A stretch of 64,000 nucleotides of DNA from Vulcanimicrobiota bacterium (GTDB lineage: Bacteria; Vulcanimicrobiota; Vulcanimicrobiia; Eremiobacterales; Eremiobacteraceae): the NCBI GenBank assembly GCA_963812135.1, contig CAWETU010000001.1, positions 192,001 through 256,000 on the forward strand, in the 5' to 3' direction. Shown here in pieces: positions 18,337 through 27,944 of this stretch. Numbering within the stretch: the first letter of the stretch is position 1; each line of letters opens with the position of its first letter. The position numbers and the translations under genes are program-made. The notes under the pieces are model-generated. The model was not told the DNA's origin. It searched no databases and was given only the letters and a program-made list of their open reading frames with translations.

Positions 18337-19068
18337 ATGGCTTTTGAGGCGGAGGCGGGCGACGTCGCACGACGCTTGCGCGCAGCCAAGCGCGCTGCCG
18401 CCTTGTCGGGCGCGGGGATGTCGGTCGAAAGCGGCTTGCCGACGTTCCGCAGCGGCTCAGGCGCGCTTTGGCGCGACCGGGACCCGATGACACTCGCGAC
18501 GCCGGAGGCCTTCGCGCGCGATCCCGCGCTCGTCTGGGAATGGTATCGAGAGCGGCTGCGAGCCCACGCGGCCGCGGCGCCCAATCCAGGCCACCTCGCG
18601 TTGGTTGAATTCGAGCGGCGCGTGCCGTCGTTCACGGTGATCACGCAAAACGTGGACGGCTTGCACCTGCGCGCCGGTTCCACCGACGTCATCGAGATCC
18701 ACGGCAACGTGCGCACGTCGCGCTGCACCGCATGCGGACGCAGCATGACGACACCGCTCGAAGGCGAGGTCCCGCCGCGTTGCGAGTGCGGCGCGCCGCT
18801 GCGCCCGAACGTCGTGTGGTTCGGTGAAGCCCTGCCGGCGGGAGCGTTCGATCGTGCGCGCGAGGCGGCGAGCAGCGCTGAGGTGTTCATCGTCGCCGGC
18901 ACCTCGGCCATCGTCTATCCGGCGGCGGGCTTGGTCGAAGTCGCGCGCCAAGCCGGCGCGTTCGTCGTCGAGGTCAATCCCGATGAGACGCCGGCGAGCG
19001 CGAGCTGCGATCTGTCAGTCCGCGCGCCGTCAGGCGCTTTCTTGCGCCTCGTCGCCGAAGCGCTGTAG
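18337..19068 (+). CDS. cobB: NAD-dependent protein deacylase (sirtuin)
   Basis: GAGMSVESGLPTFR, TQNVDGLH, IHG, Zn ribbon, RPNVVWFGE, GTS.VYPAA. Confidence 0.93.
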   Translation: MAFEAEAGDVARRLRAAKRAAALSGAGMSVESGLPTFRSGSGALWRDRDPMTLATPEAFARDPALVWEWYRERLRAHAAAAPNPGHLALVEFERRVPSFTVITQNVDGLHLRAGSTDVIEIHGNVRTSRCTACGRSMTTPLEGEVPPRCECGAPLRPNVVWFGEALPAGAFDRAREAASSAEVFIVAGTSAIVYPAAGLVEVARQAGAFVVEVNPDETPASASCDLSVRAPSGAFLRLVAEAL

Positions 19069-20223
19069 CGCGAGCCCGACCTCTTCGCGGACCCAGGCGT
19101 CCGGCTCGCGCGCCTGCAGCTCGAGCAGCGCGGCTTTGGCGCGCGCCAGGAGCTCGCCCGCGCAGACCTCGCGGAGCCGGCCGAGCGCCCATGCCGCATG
19201 CCCGCGCACCAGCGCTTTGCGATCGGCGAGCGCTTCGATCAGCGGCTCGACCGCTTGTGGATCGCGCGAGTTGCCGAGCGCCACGGCGGCGTTGCGCTGT
19301 AGTACCGCCTTGCCGCGCCATGCCATCGACGTCGGGCCGAACCACGCGCGGAACTGCGACTTCGTCATTTGCAGGACCGCCGGCAAGTCCATCGCCACGC
19401 CGACGTGCGGCAGTGGGGCGAATTCCTCACGTGCCCTCGCTTTTGCGGCTAGCGACTTGCGTTCGTTGACCGGACACACCGTCTGGCAGTCGTCGCAGCC
19501 CCAGAGACGATTGCCGATCGACGCCCGCAGTTCGCGCGGGATGGGCGATTTCAGTTGGGTCAGATCGGAGATGCAGCGTCTGCCGTCCACTCGGCCATCG
19601 GGTCCGATCGCGCCGGTCGGACAGCGCACGATGCACTCGACGCACTGGCCGCACGACTTCGACAGCGGCTCGTCCGGCGGCAGCTTGAGCGTCGTGATGA
19701 GCTCGCCGAGTAATACCCACGATCCGAACTCACGCGTCAGCACGTTCGCGTTCTTGCCGAACCATCCGATGCCGGCGCGCACCGCTGCCGCGCGGTCCAC
19801 CATCGGCCCGGTGTCGACGCATGGCACGCAGCGCTCGCCGGGAAATGCGTCGACGATGAAGGCCGCGAGCCGGCGCAAGCGATCGCCGATCGTGCGATGG
19901 TAGTCGCGGCCCCACGCGTGAGCGGAGACCGCCCCTTTGAGACCTGGCGCATATGGATCGTGCGGTTCAAACTCGGTCAGATACGACGTCGCCGTGCAGA
20001 TGATCGACTTGGCGCCGGGCAGTGAGCGTTGCGGCTGGCATAAGCGTTCGACGGTCTCATCCGGGTAGGACCAGTTTGCGAGCAATCCATCGGCGACGCG
20101 CTGCTTGAAGACCGGCTCGACATCGGAGAGCGCATCGGCGGTCGTCACGCCGACGATATCGAACCCGATCTCCCTGGCGCGCGCGAGGATGCGCTCTTTC
20201 GGCGATGCCTCGAGCGAGATCAC
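19030..20223 (-). CDS. queG: Epoxyqueuosine reductase
   Basis: GRDYH, VDTGP, GWFGKN, CGQCVECIVRCPTGA, GCDDCQTVCP, HEAT-like tail. Confidence 0.93.
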   Translation of the reverse strand: MISLEASPKERILARAREIGFDIVGVTTADALSDVEPVFKQRVADGLLANWSYPDETVERLCQPQRSLPGAKSIICTATSYLTEFEPHDPYAPGLKGAVSAHAWGRDYHRTIGDRLRRLAAFIVDAFPGERCVPCVDTGPMVDRAAAVRAGIGWFGKNANVLTREFGSWVLLGELITTLKLPPDEPLSKSCGQCVECIVRCPTGAIGPDGRVDGRRCISDLTQLKSPIPRELRASIGNRLWGCDDCQTVCPVNERKSLAAKARAREEFAPLPHVGVAMDLPAVLQMTKSQFRAWFGPTSMAWRGKAVLQRNAAVALGNSRDPQAVEPLIEALADRKALVRGHAAWALGRLREVCAGELLARAKAALLELQAREPDAWVREEVGLALQRFGDEAQESA

Positions 20224-21017
20224 GTCGTGGCGGTGGCCGCTTGCGGGATGTCGATCGTGCAGGTGCCATGCACCGGCAAGCCGTTGAGCGTCGCAGGCTT
20301 ATAGGTCGATTTGCGCGCCGCGTCGATGGCAGCCGCGTCCAGCACGGCGTCGCCCGACGATTGCACGATGCGCACGCTGAGCACGTCGCCGTCGGGGCCT
20401 ACTTCGACTTCGAGCCGCACGTGGCGGCCGTTGGGAGCGCTTGCGGGGCTGCCGGTCAGCGAAGCGACGGCGAGCACGCGCGGCGGGTTGTCGTCGCCCC
20501 AGACGACCGTGCCCGACACTCTGCTCTTGTCCGCCCCGGTATCCGCCTGCGCGGTCTGGGCGTGCGGCGGCGAGGTGGCCGGGATGACATCGGTCGCGGC
20601 GGCGGCGTCGGGTCCTGCGGTCGGACTCGGGCCGACCTCCGGATGAACGGAAAGCATCGAGGTGCGGCGGGCCGGCGGTCTGATCGCGCGACGAATCGAA
20701 TTCGAGCCGAATTCAAGGTACTTCAGCGGCGCGAGGTTCGCGATCGTACGGCGGAAGATCTTCGGCGGCGGCGTTGGTGTCGGTGTGGGCTTGACCATCG
20801 CGAGCTTGGCGCGCGACAGGGTGATGATCGAAACGCCTTGCTCCGGCGTGTCGGGCGTACGGAACATCGGCGACATCGCCGTGACGGTGGGACCCATGGT
20901 CAGATGCACGGCGAGCGACAAGATGATGAACGACCACAATACGATAAATGCGCGCCGTCGGAATCGCGCGGCGCTGCCGGGAGATGTCGGGATGTAGCCT
21001 GTCTCGGGTTTGCTCAT
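20220..21017 (-). CDS. TonB-family protein
   Basis: N-terminal TM with S-xxx-H, PT repeats, and a C-terminal V.V.PDG.V....SSG...LD.AA..A....YKPA..NG.PV domain. Confidence 0.85.
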   Translation of the reverse strand: MSKPETGYIPTSPGSAARFRRRAFIVLWSFIILSLAVHLTMGPTVTAMSPMFRTPDTPEQGVSIITLSRAKLAMVKPTPTPTPPPKIFRRTIANLAPLKYLEFGSNSIRRAIRPPARRTSMLSVHPEVGPSPTAGPDAAAATDVIPATSPPHAQTAQADTGADKSRVSGTVVWGDDNPPRVLAVASLTGSPASAPNGRHVRLEVEVGPDGDVLSVRIVQSSGDAVLDAAAIDAARKSTYKPATLNGLPVHGTCTIDIPQAATATT

Positions 21018-21063
21018 TGCGAACCACCCACGGCGCCCTGGAGGAGCGGAACTTCGCGACCCG

Positions 21064-21855
21064 CTAATTGGCCGCCTTTGGCCGCGCTGCCGCTTGCATG
21101 TCGAGGAGCTCCTGGTACTTCTTCGGCATGCCGGGCTCGTAGGTCAGGAACGAGGGGATGGGGTAACGGATGCCGCCCTTCTGGGTGCCCTCGAGGCCGG
21201 CGATGAGGTCCTCGATCTTGTGCCAGGGCAAGCTGAACGCCATCTCGTCGTCCTGGGCGCCAGCGAAGATACGATCGCCGTTGCAAGGGAGGATGACCTG
21301 GTAGTCGTCCGTCCGCAGCGGCACGACGAGGTGATCCGAACAATCCATCCGGGCTGCGAACGTCGAGGCGATGCGCCCGCCGTCTTTCCACAGGGCGGCA
21401 GCGACCAAGCGCATCACTTGCGCTGCGTTTCCATAAATGATAAGGACGTGCGGCTCGTACTCTGCTCGAGCAAGCGGTCCGAAGACGATCGCATCGATCT
21501 CGCCGGGCGCGAATTTCTCGACCGACGCCTCGCTGCGCGCGCCTGCGGCTTCGTCTTTGGTGTACATGCCGGCGCACAAGTTCCCATCTTCATAATAGGC
21601 GTTGGGCGCGGCAAACCCGGCGACGAGCGCGCCGAGCGGACATTTCATGTCTTCGGCACGCAAGACGGTCGTCCAACCGTACTTGCGCGCGATGCCCCAT
21701 CCTTGGCACACGGTGACATGGCGATCCATGTCCGCAAGCGGCCGCTTGGCTTTGGGCGGCGGCGCCTCGCCGTTTCGCAAGAATCGAACGGCGACCGGGA
21801 AGGTCGTGGGGCGGATGAATTCCTCGAGCTTGGCAGTAGCTGTCGCTGTGTCCAT
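21064..21855 (-). CDS. DUF169 family protein
   Basis: PVAVRF, TVCQ, CPLGA..GF, N.AQ.MRL, PCNGDR.FA..DDEM. Confidence 0.85.
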   Translation of the reverse strand: MDTATATAKLEEFIRPTTFPVAVRFLRNGEAPPPKAKRPLADMDRHVTVCQGWGIARKYGWTTVLRAEDMKCPLGALVAGFAAPNAYYEDGNLCAGMYTKDEAAGARSEASVEKFAPGEIDAIVFGPLARAEYEPHVLIIYGNAAQVMRLVAAALWKDGGRIASTFAARMDCSDHLVVPLRTDDYQVILPCNGDRIFAGAQDDEMAFSLPWHKIEDLIAGLEGTQKGGIRYPIPSFLTYEPGMPKKYQELLDMQAAARPKAAN

Positions 21856-21894
21856 CGTTGCGCCGCATTCGACTGCCGGCGGCCAGCTTCCGGC

Positions 21895-23244
21895 CTAGTA
21901 TTCGGCGGCGGCGCTCGATCCGACGTCGAAGAACGAGAAGTCTTGCATATCCGTGGGATAGTTGAAGTCCGAAAACGCGTAGGTCAGGCCGTCATACCCG
22001 CGCGACGACGTCCCCTCCGAAAGCCCGCCAACGCGCAACGTCGCGCTCGTGGTCTCCTCGGCCATGAGCCAGTAGCCGCGCGCGATCGTGTAGGTGACGG
22101 TCCAGGGCACGGTTGAGGCGGGCCCCTTTGGGAAGATACCGGCGCTGACGATCTTCCATGGCACGAACGTCTGCGTGTCGACGAGCATTTCGCGCAGCCG
22201 GTATTCGTCGGGGCTCTGGCGGGGCACGAGCTTCAGATGGTAGACCCAACGCACGCGGAATTTCTCGACGCCCACAAGTGTGACGTCGTAATCCTGCTCG
22301 GTGGCCTCGACGCGGCCAAGCGACCGAAGATCGGTCGGCTCGGGCTCCGGCGTCGGCATCAAAGGAAGCGACTCGCCGATCGGCCGCAGGCCGAACGAGT
22401 AGAGCGGCGAGATCTGCGGCACGCCGAAGGGCTCTTCTTGATATCCTTTGGTGTGCGTCGGGAAGGTGAACCCCAAGATCGCGATGTTGGTGCCGTACGG
22501 ATTGTCCGGCTTGCTAGTGCTCTCGATCGGCGTCTTGTGCGTGAGCACGATATCGTCTCTCGAGCGCACGATCGACCGGAACGATTCGAGGAACGGCTTG
22601 CCGCCGGTGTTCGAACGCGCGTGGACGATGAACGAGATGAATGTGGGATAGCGCACGGTGCGCAAGACGTCGCGCGAGCGATCGAAAACGGCCTGACCCA
22701 CCATGGTCGCCGCGGCGCCGGTCGGCGGCAGGTCGGGCGTATCGGCGAAATCGCCGAAGGCGTCGAGCGCGGTGGCGGCCTCGGTGGTGAAGAACCCGAC
22801 ACGTTCGGTGAGCTCCTTCGGGCAGCCGGGCGATTCCATCGTGCGCACGACGAAAATGAGCTCGTATGTGGTCGAGGCCGCTAAGTTCTTAGGTGAAATC
22901 GCGCCGAGGGCCGCCGGCTTGCCGTACAGCGATGTGAATTCGATCCCGCTTAGCGCGTCCGGACGAGAGGACACGTCTTGCGGGCGCAAGTCGAGGGCCT
23001 TGCCCGAGTCTGGGACGAGCCGGACGCGCTCGACCGCGCCGAAGTTGTCGGCATCGGTGGCGACGACCAATCGCGGCGCCTTGAACGGCACGTCGGTCGC
23101 GTCTTCGGCCGGAGCGACGAGGCGGAACAGCGGCTGCGGCACGACGAATGAGGGGTCGCACGTCGCTGCGGCGACCTTCGAGCACACGGCGATAGCGGTG
23201 GCGGCCGCGACACACGCAGCCGCGCTTCGCGCATACGTATTCAG
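21895..23244 (-). CDS. Secreted two-domain hypothetical protein; likely CTG start
   Basis: The ORF extends in frame upstream of 23187 to CTG 23244 (GGAG upstream), which completes a signal peptide MNTYARSAAACVAAATAIAVCSKVAAA. The C-terminal YHLKL.P...LREM.VD..TF region is beta-rich. Confidence 0.75.
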   Translation of the reverse strand: MNTYARSAAACVAAATAIAVCSKVAAATCDPSFVVPQPLFRLVAPAEDATDVPFKAPRLVVATDADNFGAVERVRLVPDSGKALDLRPQDVSSRPDALSGIEFTSLYGKPAALGAISPKNLAASTTYELIFVVRTMESPGCPKELTERVGFFTTEAATALDAFGDFADTPDLPPTGAAATMVGQAVFDRSRDVLRTVRYPTFISFIVHARSNTGGKPFLESFRSIVRSRDDIVLTHKTPIESTSKPDNPYGTNIAILGFTFPTHTKGYQEEPFGVPQISPLYSFGLRPIGESLPLMPTPEPEPTDLRSLGRVEATEQDYDVTLVGVEKFRVRWVYHLKLVPRQSPDEYRLREMLVDTQTFVPWKIVSAGIFPKGPASTVPWTVTYTIARGYWLMAEETTSATLRVGGLSEGTSSRGYDGLTYAFSDFNYPTDMQDFSFFDVGSSAAAEY

Positions 23245-23271
23245 GTGGCGCTTGGCTCCGTCTACGAAGCG

Positions 23272-24588
23272 TTAGGCGTAGATGCCGCGCGTCTGGTAAC
23301 ACTCGACGACGCGGCGGATCGCCAGCATATACGCCGCTTGGCGCAGCGGCGCTTTGTAGCGCTCGGCCATCTGCCACACTTCGTCGAAGTTCTCGCGCAA
23401 GAGGTCTTTCAGACGCTCGTTGACCTCGCTCTCGCGCCAATAGTAGCCCATGCGGTCCTGTACCCACTCGAAGTACGAGACCGTGACGCCGCCGGCGTTG
23501 GCGAGGATGTCGGGGATGATCGTAACACCCGCATCTGAGAGGATGCTGTGCGCTTCGGGCGTCGTCGGACCGTTCGCTCCCTCGGCGATGAGAAACGCCT
23601 TGATGCGCTTCGCGTTCTTCTCCGTGATCTGGTTCTCGATCGCAGCGGGCACGAGGATGTCGCAATCGAGCTCGAGCAGCTGCGTATTGCTCACCTGATC
23701 GGGGCCGGGGAAGCCTTCGAGGCTGTGCTTGGTGTTCTTCGGATCACCGAGGTAGGCGATCGCAGCGTTCGGATCGATTCCCAGTTTGTTGTGCAATCCG
23801 CAGAACGCATCGCTGATGCCGACGATCACGGCGCCTTGCTCGTGCAGCAGGCGTGCGGTGATCGAACCGACGTTGCCAAACCCTTGGACCACGACGCGCT
23901 GCCCGCGCAGCTCCTTGCCCATCTTCTCGAGCGCCGCCTGGATGCAGATCATGACGCCGCGGCCGGTCGCTTCGACGCGCCCGCGCGACCCGCCGACGCA
24001 CAGCGGCTTGCCGGTGACCACGGCCGGCGTGTGCGCGCGCAGGTGCATGGAGACCGTATCCATCACCCACGCCATCGTCTGCGCGTTGGTGCCGACATCC
24101 GGCGCAGGCACGTCCTTATCGGGGCCGATGACTTCGATGATCTCCGCGGTGTAGCGGCGCGTGAGACGCTCCAGCTCGCCGAGCGACAGCTTCGATGGAT
24201 CGCAGGTCACGCCGCCTTTGCCGCCACCGAACGGGAGGTCGACGACCGCGCACTTCCAGGTCATCCAAAACGCGAGGGCCGTGACTTCGTCCAGCGTCAC
24301 ACCGGGATGGTAGCGGATGCCGCCCTTGGCGGGACCGCGCGCGAAATTATACTGCACGCGATATCCGGTAAACACCTCGAAATCGCCGTTGTCGCGCTGG
24401 AACGGGATGGAGATGATCACCTGGCGCGACGGATGCGTGAGGATACGGCGGATGGTCTTTGGCAGGTCAAGGCGATCGGCAGCTTCATTGAAATATGCGA
24501 TCGCCTCGCCGAATACGCCGGGCTCATGCGCGTAACGCTCTTTGGTCTGAAGACCGGCGGGCTGGCTGTTCTCGACTTTGGTTGCCAT
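23272..24588 (-). CDS. gdhA: Glutamate dehydrogenase (Glu/Leu/Phe/Val family)
   Basis: GPAKGGIRYHP, PFGGGKGG, PAPDVGT, GFGNVG, EGANGP, NAGGVTVSYFEW. Confidence 0.95.
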   Translation of the reverse strand: MATKVENSQPAGLQTKERYAHEPGVFGEAIAYFNEAADRLDLPKTIRRILTHPSRQVIISIPFQRDNGDFEVFTGYRVQYNFARGPAKGGIRYHPGVTLDEVTALAFWMTWKCAVVDLPFGGGKGGVTCDPSKLSLGELERLTRRYTAEIIEVIGPDKDVPAPDVGTNAQTMAWVMDTVSMHLRAHTPAVVTGKPLCVGGSRGRVEATGRGVMICIQAALEKMGKELRGQRVVVQGFGNVGSITARLLHEQGAVIVGISDAFCGLHNKLGIDPNAAIAYLGDPKNTKHSLEGFPGPDQVSNTQLLELDCDILVPAAIENQITEKNAKRIKAFLIAEGANGPTTPEAHSILSDAGVTIIPDILANAGGVTVSYFEWVQDRMGYYWRESEVNERLKDLLRENFDEVWQMAERYKAPLRQAAYMLAIRRVVECYQTRGIYA

Positions 24589-24598
24589 GTTCGATTCC

Positions 24599-25690
24599 TT
24601 ACACGTTGAACCTGAAGTTGACCACGTCGCCCTCTTGCATCACATAGTCGCGGCCCTCGGAGCGCAAGAGGCCTGCTTCGCGGACGGCTGCTAGACTGCG
24701 TAGGCGCGCGAGGTCGTCGTACGACGCGATCTCTGCGCGGATGAACCCGCGCTCGATGTCGCTATGGATCTTGCCGGCGGCCTGCGGAGCTTTGGTGCCG
24801 CGCTCGATGGTCCAGGCGCGCGTCTCTTTTTCGCCGGCGGTGAGAAACGTCATCAGATTGAGAAGCCGGTAGGCGCCGAGGATCAGGCGATCCAGACCGC
24901 TTTGCTCCACTCCCAACTCTTTCGCGTACGCCGACGCTTCATCTGGCGGGAGCGCCGCCAGCTCGGCTTCGAGCTTGGCGCAGACGACGATGCTCTCGGC
25001 CTGCTCCGAAGCCGCTCGAGCTCGCACGGCAGCGACAGGCGCTGAATCGACGTTGAGGTTGGCTTCATCGACGTTCGCGACGTAAAGAATCGGCTTGGCG
25101 GTGAGCAATGTCAGTTCCTTTGAGAGGGACAGCTCGAGCTCATCGCGAGCGATCGCGCGCGCGGGCTTGCCTTCGTTGAGTCCCGCGCTCAACCGCTCAA
25201 GCGCACCGACTTCTGCCGCCAGCTTCGGGTCTGCTTTGGCGCGCGGCCGCGATTTCTCGAGCCGCTTTTCAACCGTCGCGAGATCGGCGAGCGCCAGCTC
25301 GACCGTGATGATGTCGATGTCGCGCAGCGCGTCGGGCTGCTCCTCGACGTGCACGACGTTGCGATCTTCAAAACAACGCACCACCATCGCGATCGCGTCG
25401 ACCTCGCGGATGTGCGACAGGAATGCGTTGCCGAGTCCTTCGCCTTTGGAAGCGCCGCGCACCAAGCCCGCGATGTCGACGAACGTCGTCGTCGACGGCA
25501 CGATCTGCTTGCTCGCGAAGATGTCCGAGAGCACTCCCAAACGCGGATCGGGCACCGGCACAATGCCGACGTTCGGATCGATCGTGCTGAACGGATAGTT
25601 GGCGGCGGCGACGCTGCTGCGCGTGATCGCGTTGAACAACGTCGACTTGCCGACGTTCGGCAGACCGACGATGCCGCAGGCGAGCGACAT
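24599..25690 (-). CDS. ychF: Redox-regulated ATPase YchF
   Basis: GIVGLPNVGKSTLFNA, ANYPF, DIAGLV.GAS.GEGLGN, and a TGS domain ending FRFNV. Confidence 0.97.
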   Translation of the reverse strand: MSLACGIVGLPNVGKSTLFNAITRSSVAAANYPFSTIDPNVGIVPVPDPRLGVLSDIFASKQIVPSTTTFVDIAGLVRGASKGEGLGNAFLSHIREVDAIAMVVRCFEDRNVVHVEEQPDALRDIDIITVELALADLATVEKRLEKSRPRAKADPKLAAEVGALERLSAGLNEGKPARAIARDELELSLSKELTLLTAKPILYVANVDEANLNVDSAPVAAVRARAASEQAESIVVCAKLEAELAALPPDEASAYAKELGVEQSGLDRLILGAYRLLNLMTFLTAGEKETRAWTIERGTKAPQAAGKIHSDIERGFIRAEIASYDDLARLRSLAAVREAGLLRSEGRDYVMQEGDVVNFRFNV

Positions 25691-26557
25691 CAGGCGGGAG
25701 CCGTCGGGTTCGAAGGCGGCGCCGGCTGCGGTGCGGGCGCGTCGCCGTTGAGCCAGCCCTTGGCTTGCAGCGCGGCAGCGATGCGTTCGCGCAGCGGCCC
25801 TTCGTCGACGTCGATGAGCGCCGTGCGGATGGAGATGCGGAACACCGCTTTGTTCGTGTCGAAGTCGTCGAGCGACACTTTCACGCCGTCCGCGTCGATC
25901 TTCGCCTCGATCGCGCCCGGCGGTCGCGTCTTTGAGGATCTCGCGCTTCATCGCGTCGACGGTGCCGCGCCACGGCAGCGAGAGCACGATATCGAGCCGC
26001 CGGACGCCTTTGCTCAGATTGGTCGAGGCGTAGATGTTGCCGTTGGGGATGAACACCGTGCGCCCGTAGCGGTCGACGAGGCGCGTCGTGCGCAAGCCGA
26101 TCGCCTCCACGACGCCGGCGATCTGGCTGTTGATGCCCGTCGTGATCTCGATGCGATCGCCCACGTCGAATTGATTCTCCGCGAAGATCGAGTAGCCCGC
26201 GAGCAGATCGCGCACGACCCACTGCGCGCCGAACGCGAGGACCGCGGTGATCGCGCCGGCCGACCAGACCGCAGGGCCGATGTTAACATCCCAAATGTTG
26301 AGCAGGATGAGCCCAGTCACCAGCAGGACGATGAATCCGGTGATCGACTTGATGGGGCTCAGATATGTCGAGATGCGGGGATGGCGCAGCAGCAATCGCT
26401 TAGCGAAAAAGCGGTCGATGCCGGCGTAGGTGAGCCGCCATACGACAAAGCCAGCGACGAGCGCGATGGCCGTCTCGTAGCCTTGTACGATGATCGTGGC
26501 ATGTGAGGACCACGGCGTGGTCGATAGCGCCGCGTTCGGCGAAGGTGTCGCTTGCAC
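25690..26557 (-). CDS. mscS: Small-conductance mechanosensitive channel (apparent +1 frameshift near 25917)
   Basis: FGAQ.VVRDLLAG..I..ENQF.VGD.I, G.VE.IGLRTT, IPNG. The C-terminus continues in the 25690..25884 frame; the start is uncertain. Confidence 0.82.
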
Positions 26558-26657
26558 GGCCCGCGGCCTTCCAGAGCGCCTCCGAGCGGTCCTGCGCCGC
26601 ATCTCGGGTGACGATAGGAACCGCCAATTTTTGGCGCGAAGGCCGCGTCGATTTCCA

Positions 26658-27137
26658 ATGCGCCAAATGAAAGTGGATAAACTCGGCATCGACCTGCTCA
26701 CGCATGATCCTGTCGTCATTTTGAAGGACCTTGAAGGCAGGCGATACTTACCGATCTTGATCGGAGCGTTCGAGGCCACCGCGATTCAACTCGCGCTCGA
26801 AGGCCAGGCGGTGCCGCGTCCGCTCTCACACGATTTGATGAAGTCGATGCTCGACAGCCTCAACGCCAAGCTGACCAAGATCGTTATCCACGACATCCGC
26901 GACAGCACGTTCTTCGCCAAGCTCGTGCTCGAATGCAACGGCGAGGATCAGGAGATCGACGCTCGGCCGAGCGACTGCATCGCGCTCGCGTTGCGCGCGA
27001 ACGCGCCCATCTATGTCAGCGACAAGATCGTGCTCGAGGAATCAGTGTACGACAAAAAGGCTGAGGAAGAAGAGATGCAGCGCTTCAAAAAATATATCGA
27101 AAGCCTCAAGCCCAGCGACTTCAAGACCGAATCCTGA
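26658..27137 (+). CDS. Bifunctional nuclease family (DUF151)
   Basis: LPI.IG.FEA.AI, RPLSHDL, DARPSD.IALALR. Confidence 0.93.
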   Translation: MRQMKVDKLGIDLLTHDPVVILKDLEGRRYLPILIGAFEATAIQLALEGQAVPRPLSHDLMKSMLDSLNAKLTKIVIHDIRDSTFFAKLVLECNGEDQEIDARPSDCIALALRANAPIYVSDKIVLEESVYDKKAEEEEMQRFKKYIESLKPSDFKTES

Positions 27138-27140
27138 CGC

Positions 27141-27944
27141 GTGAAACATACGGCCGAGATCGGCGTCTTCGGTGGCTCGGGATTCTATGCGCTGCTCGAA
27201 GGCATGCAAGAGGTCAAAGTCGAGACGCCCTATGGCGCGCCCTCAGACGTCGTCGCGATCGGCGAGATCGGCGGGCGGCGCGTCGCGTTCTTGCCGCGCC
27301 ACGGCAAGACGCACTCGTTGCCGCCGCACATGATCAACTATCGTGCGAACCTGTTCGCGATGAAGGAGCTCGGCGTCACGCGCATCATCGGGCCTACCGC
27401 TGCGGGGTCGCTGCAGGGCTGGGTCAAGCCCGGTGATTTCGTCGTCTCGGATCAGCTCGTCGATCGCACGAATGCGCGCAAGGATACCTTCTTTGACGGA
27501 CCGGTGACGACGCACGTCTCGTTCGCGCATCCGTATTGCCCACAAGTCCGCGACTTGGCGATCGAGGTGATCGGCAAGCAAGGCATCCCGGTGCACGAGC
27601 ACGGTACCGTCGTGTGCATCCAAGGTCCGCGCTTTTCAAGCGTAGCGGAGAGCCGATGGTATGCGGCGGCCGGCTGGGAAGTCATCAACATGACCCAGTA
27701 TCCGGAGGCGTACCTGGCGCGCGAGCTCGAGATCTGTTACGCGAACATCGCGCTCATCACCGACTACGACGTGGGGCTCGAGGGCGAGGAGGGCATCGAG
27801 CCGGTGACGCACGAGGGCGTCATCAAAGTTTTCACCGAGAACAACGAGCGCGTCAAGCAGGTCATCAACGAGATGGTCGCGCGGATGCCCAAGGAACGCA
27901 CGTGCCATTGCGGCACGGCGCTGCAAGGCGCGCGGCTAGGATAG
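27141..27944 (+). CDS. mtnP: S-methyl-5'-thioadenosine phosphorylase
   Basis: GGSGFY, TPYG.PS, PRHG..H, INYRAN, GPRFS, INMT.YPE, TDYD. Confidence 0.92.
   Translation: MKHTAEIGVFGGSGFYALLEGMQEVKVETPYGAPSDVVAIGEIGGRRVAFLPRHGKTHSLPPHMINYRANLFAMKELGVTRIIGPTAAGSLQGWVKPGDFVVSDQLVDRTNARKDTFFDGPVTTHVSFAHPYCPQVRDLAIEVIGKQGIPVHEHGTVVCIQGPRFSSVAESRWYAAAGWEVINMTQYPEAYLARELEICYANIALITDYDVGLEGEEGIEPVTHEGVIKVFTENNERVKQVINEMVARMPKERTCHCGTALQGARLG

Noticed and set aside
24599..26779. 726-aa MscS-YchF fusion ORF
   Set aside because: Produced by one extra base at about 25917; ychF has its own ATG overlapping the true mscS stop.
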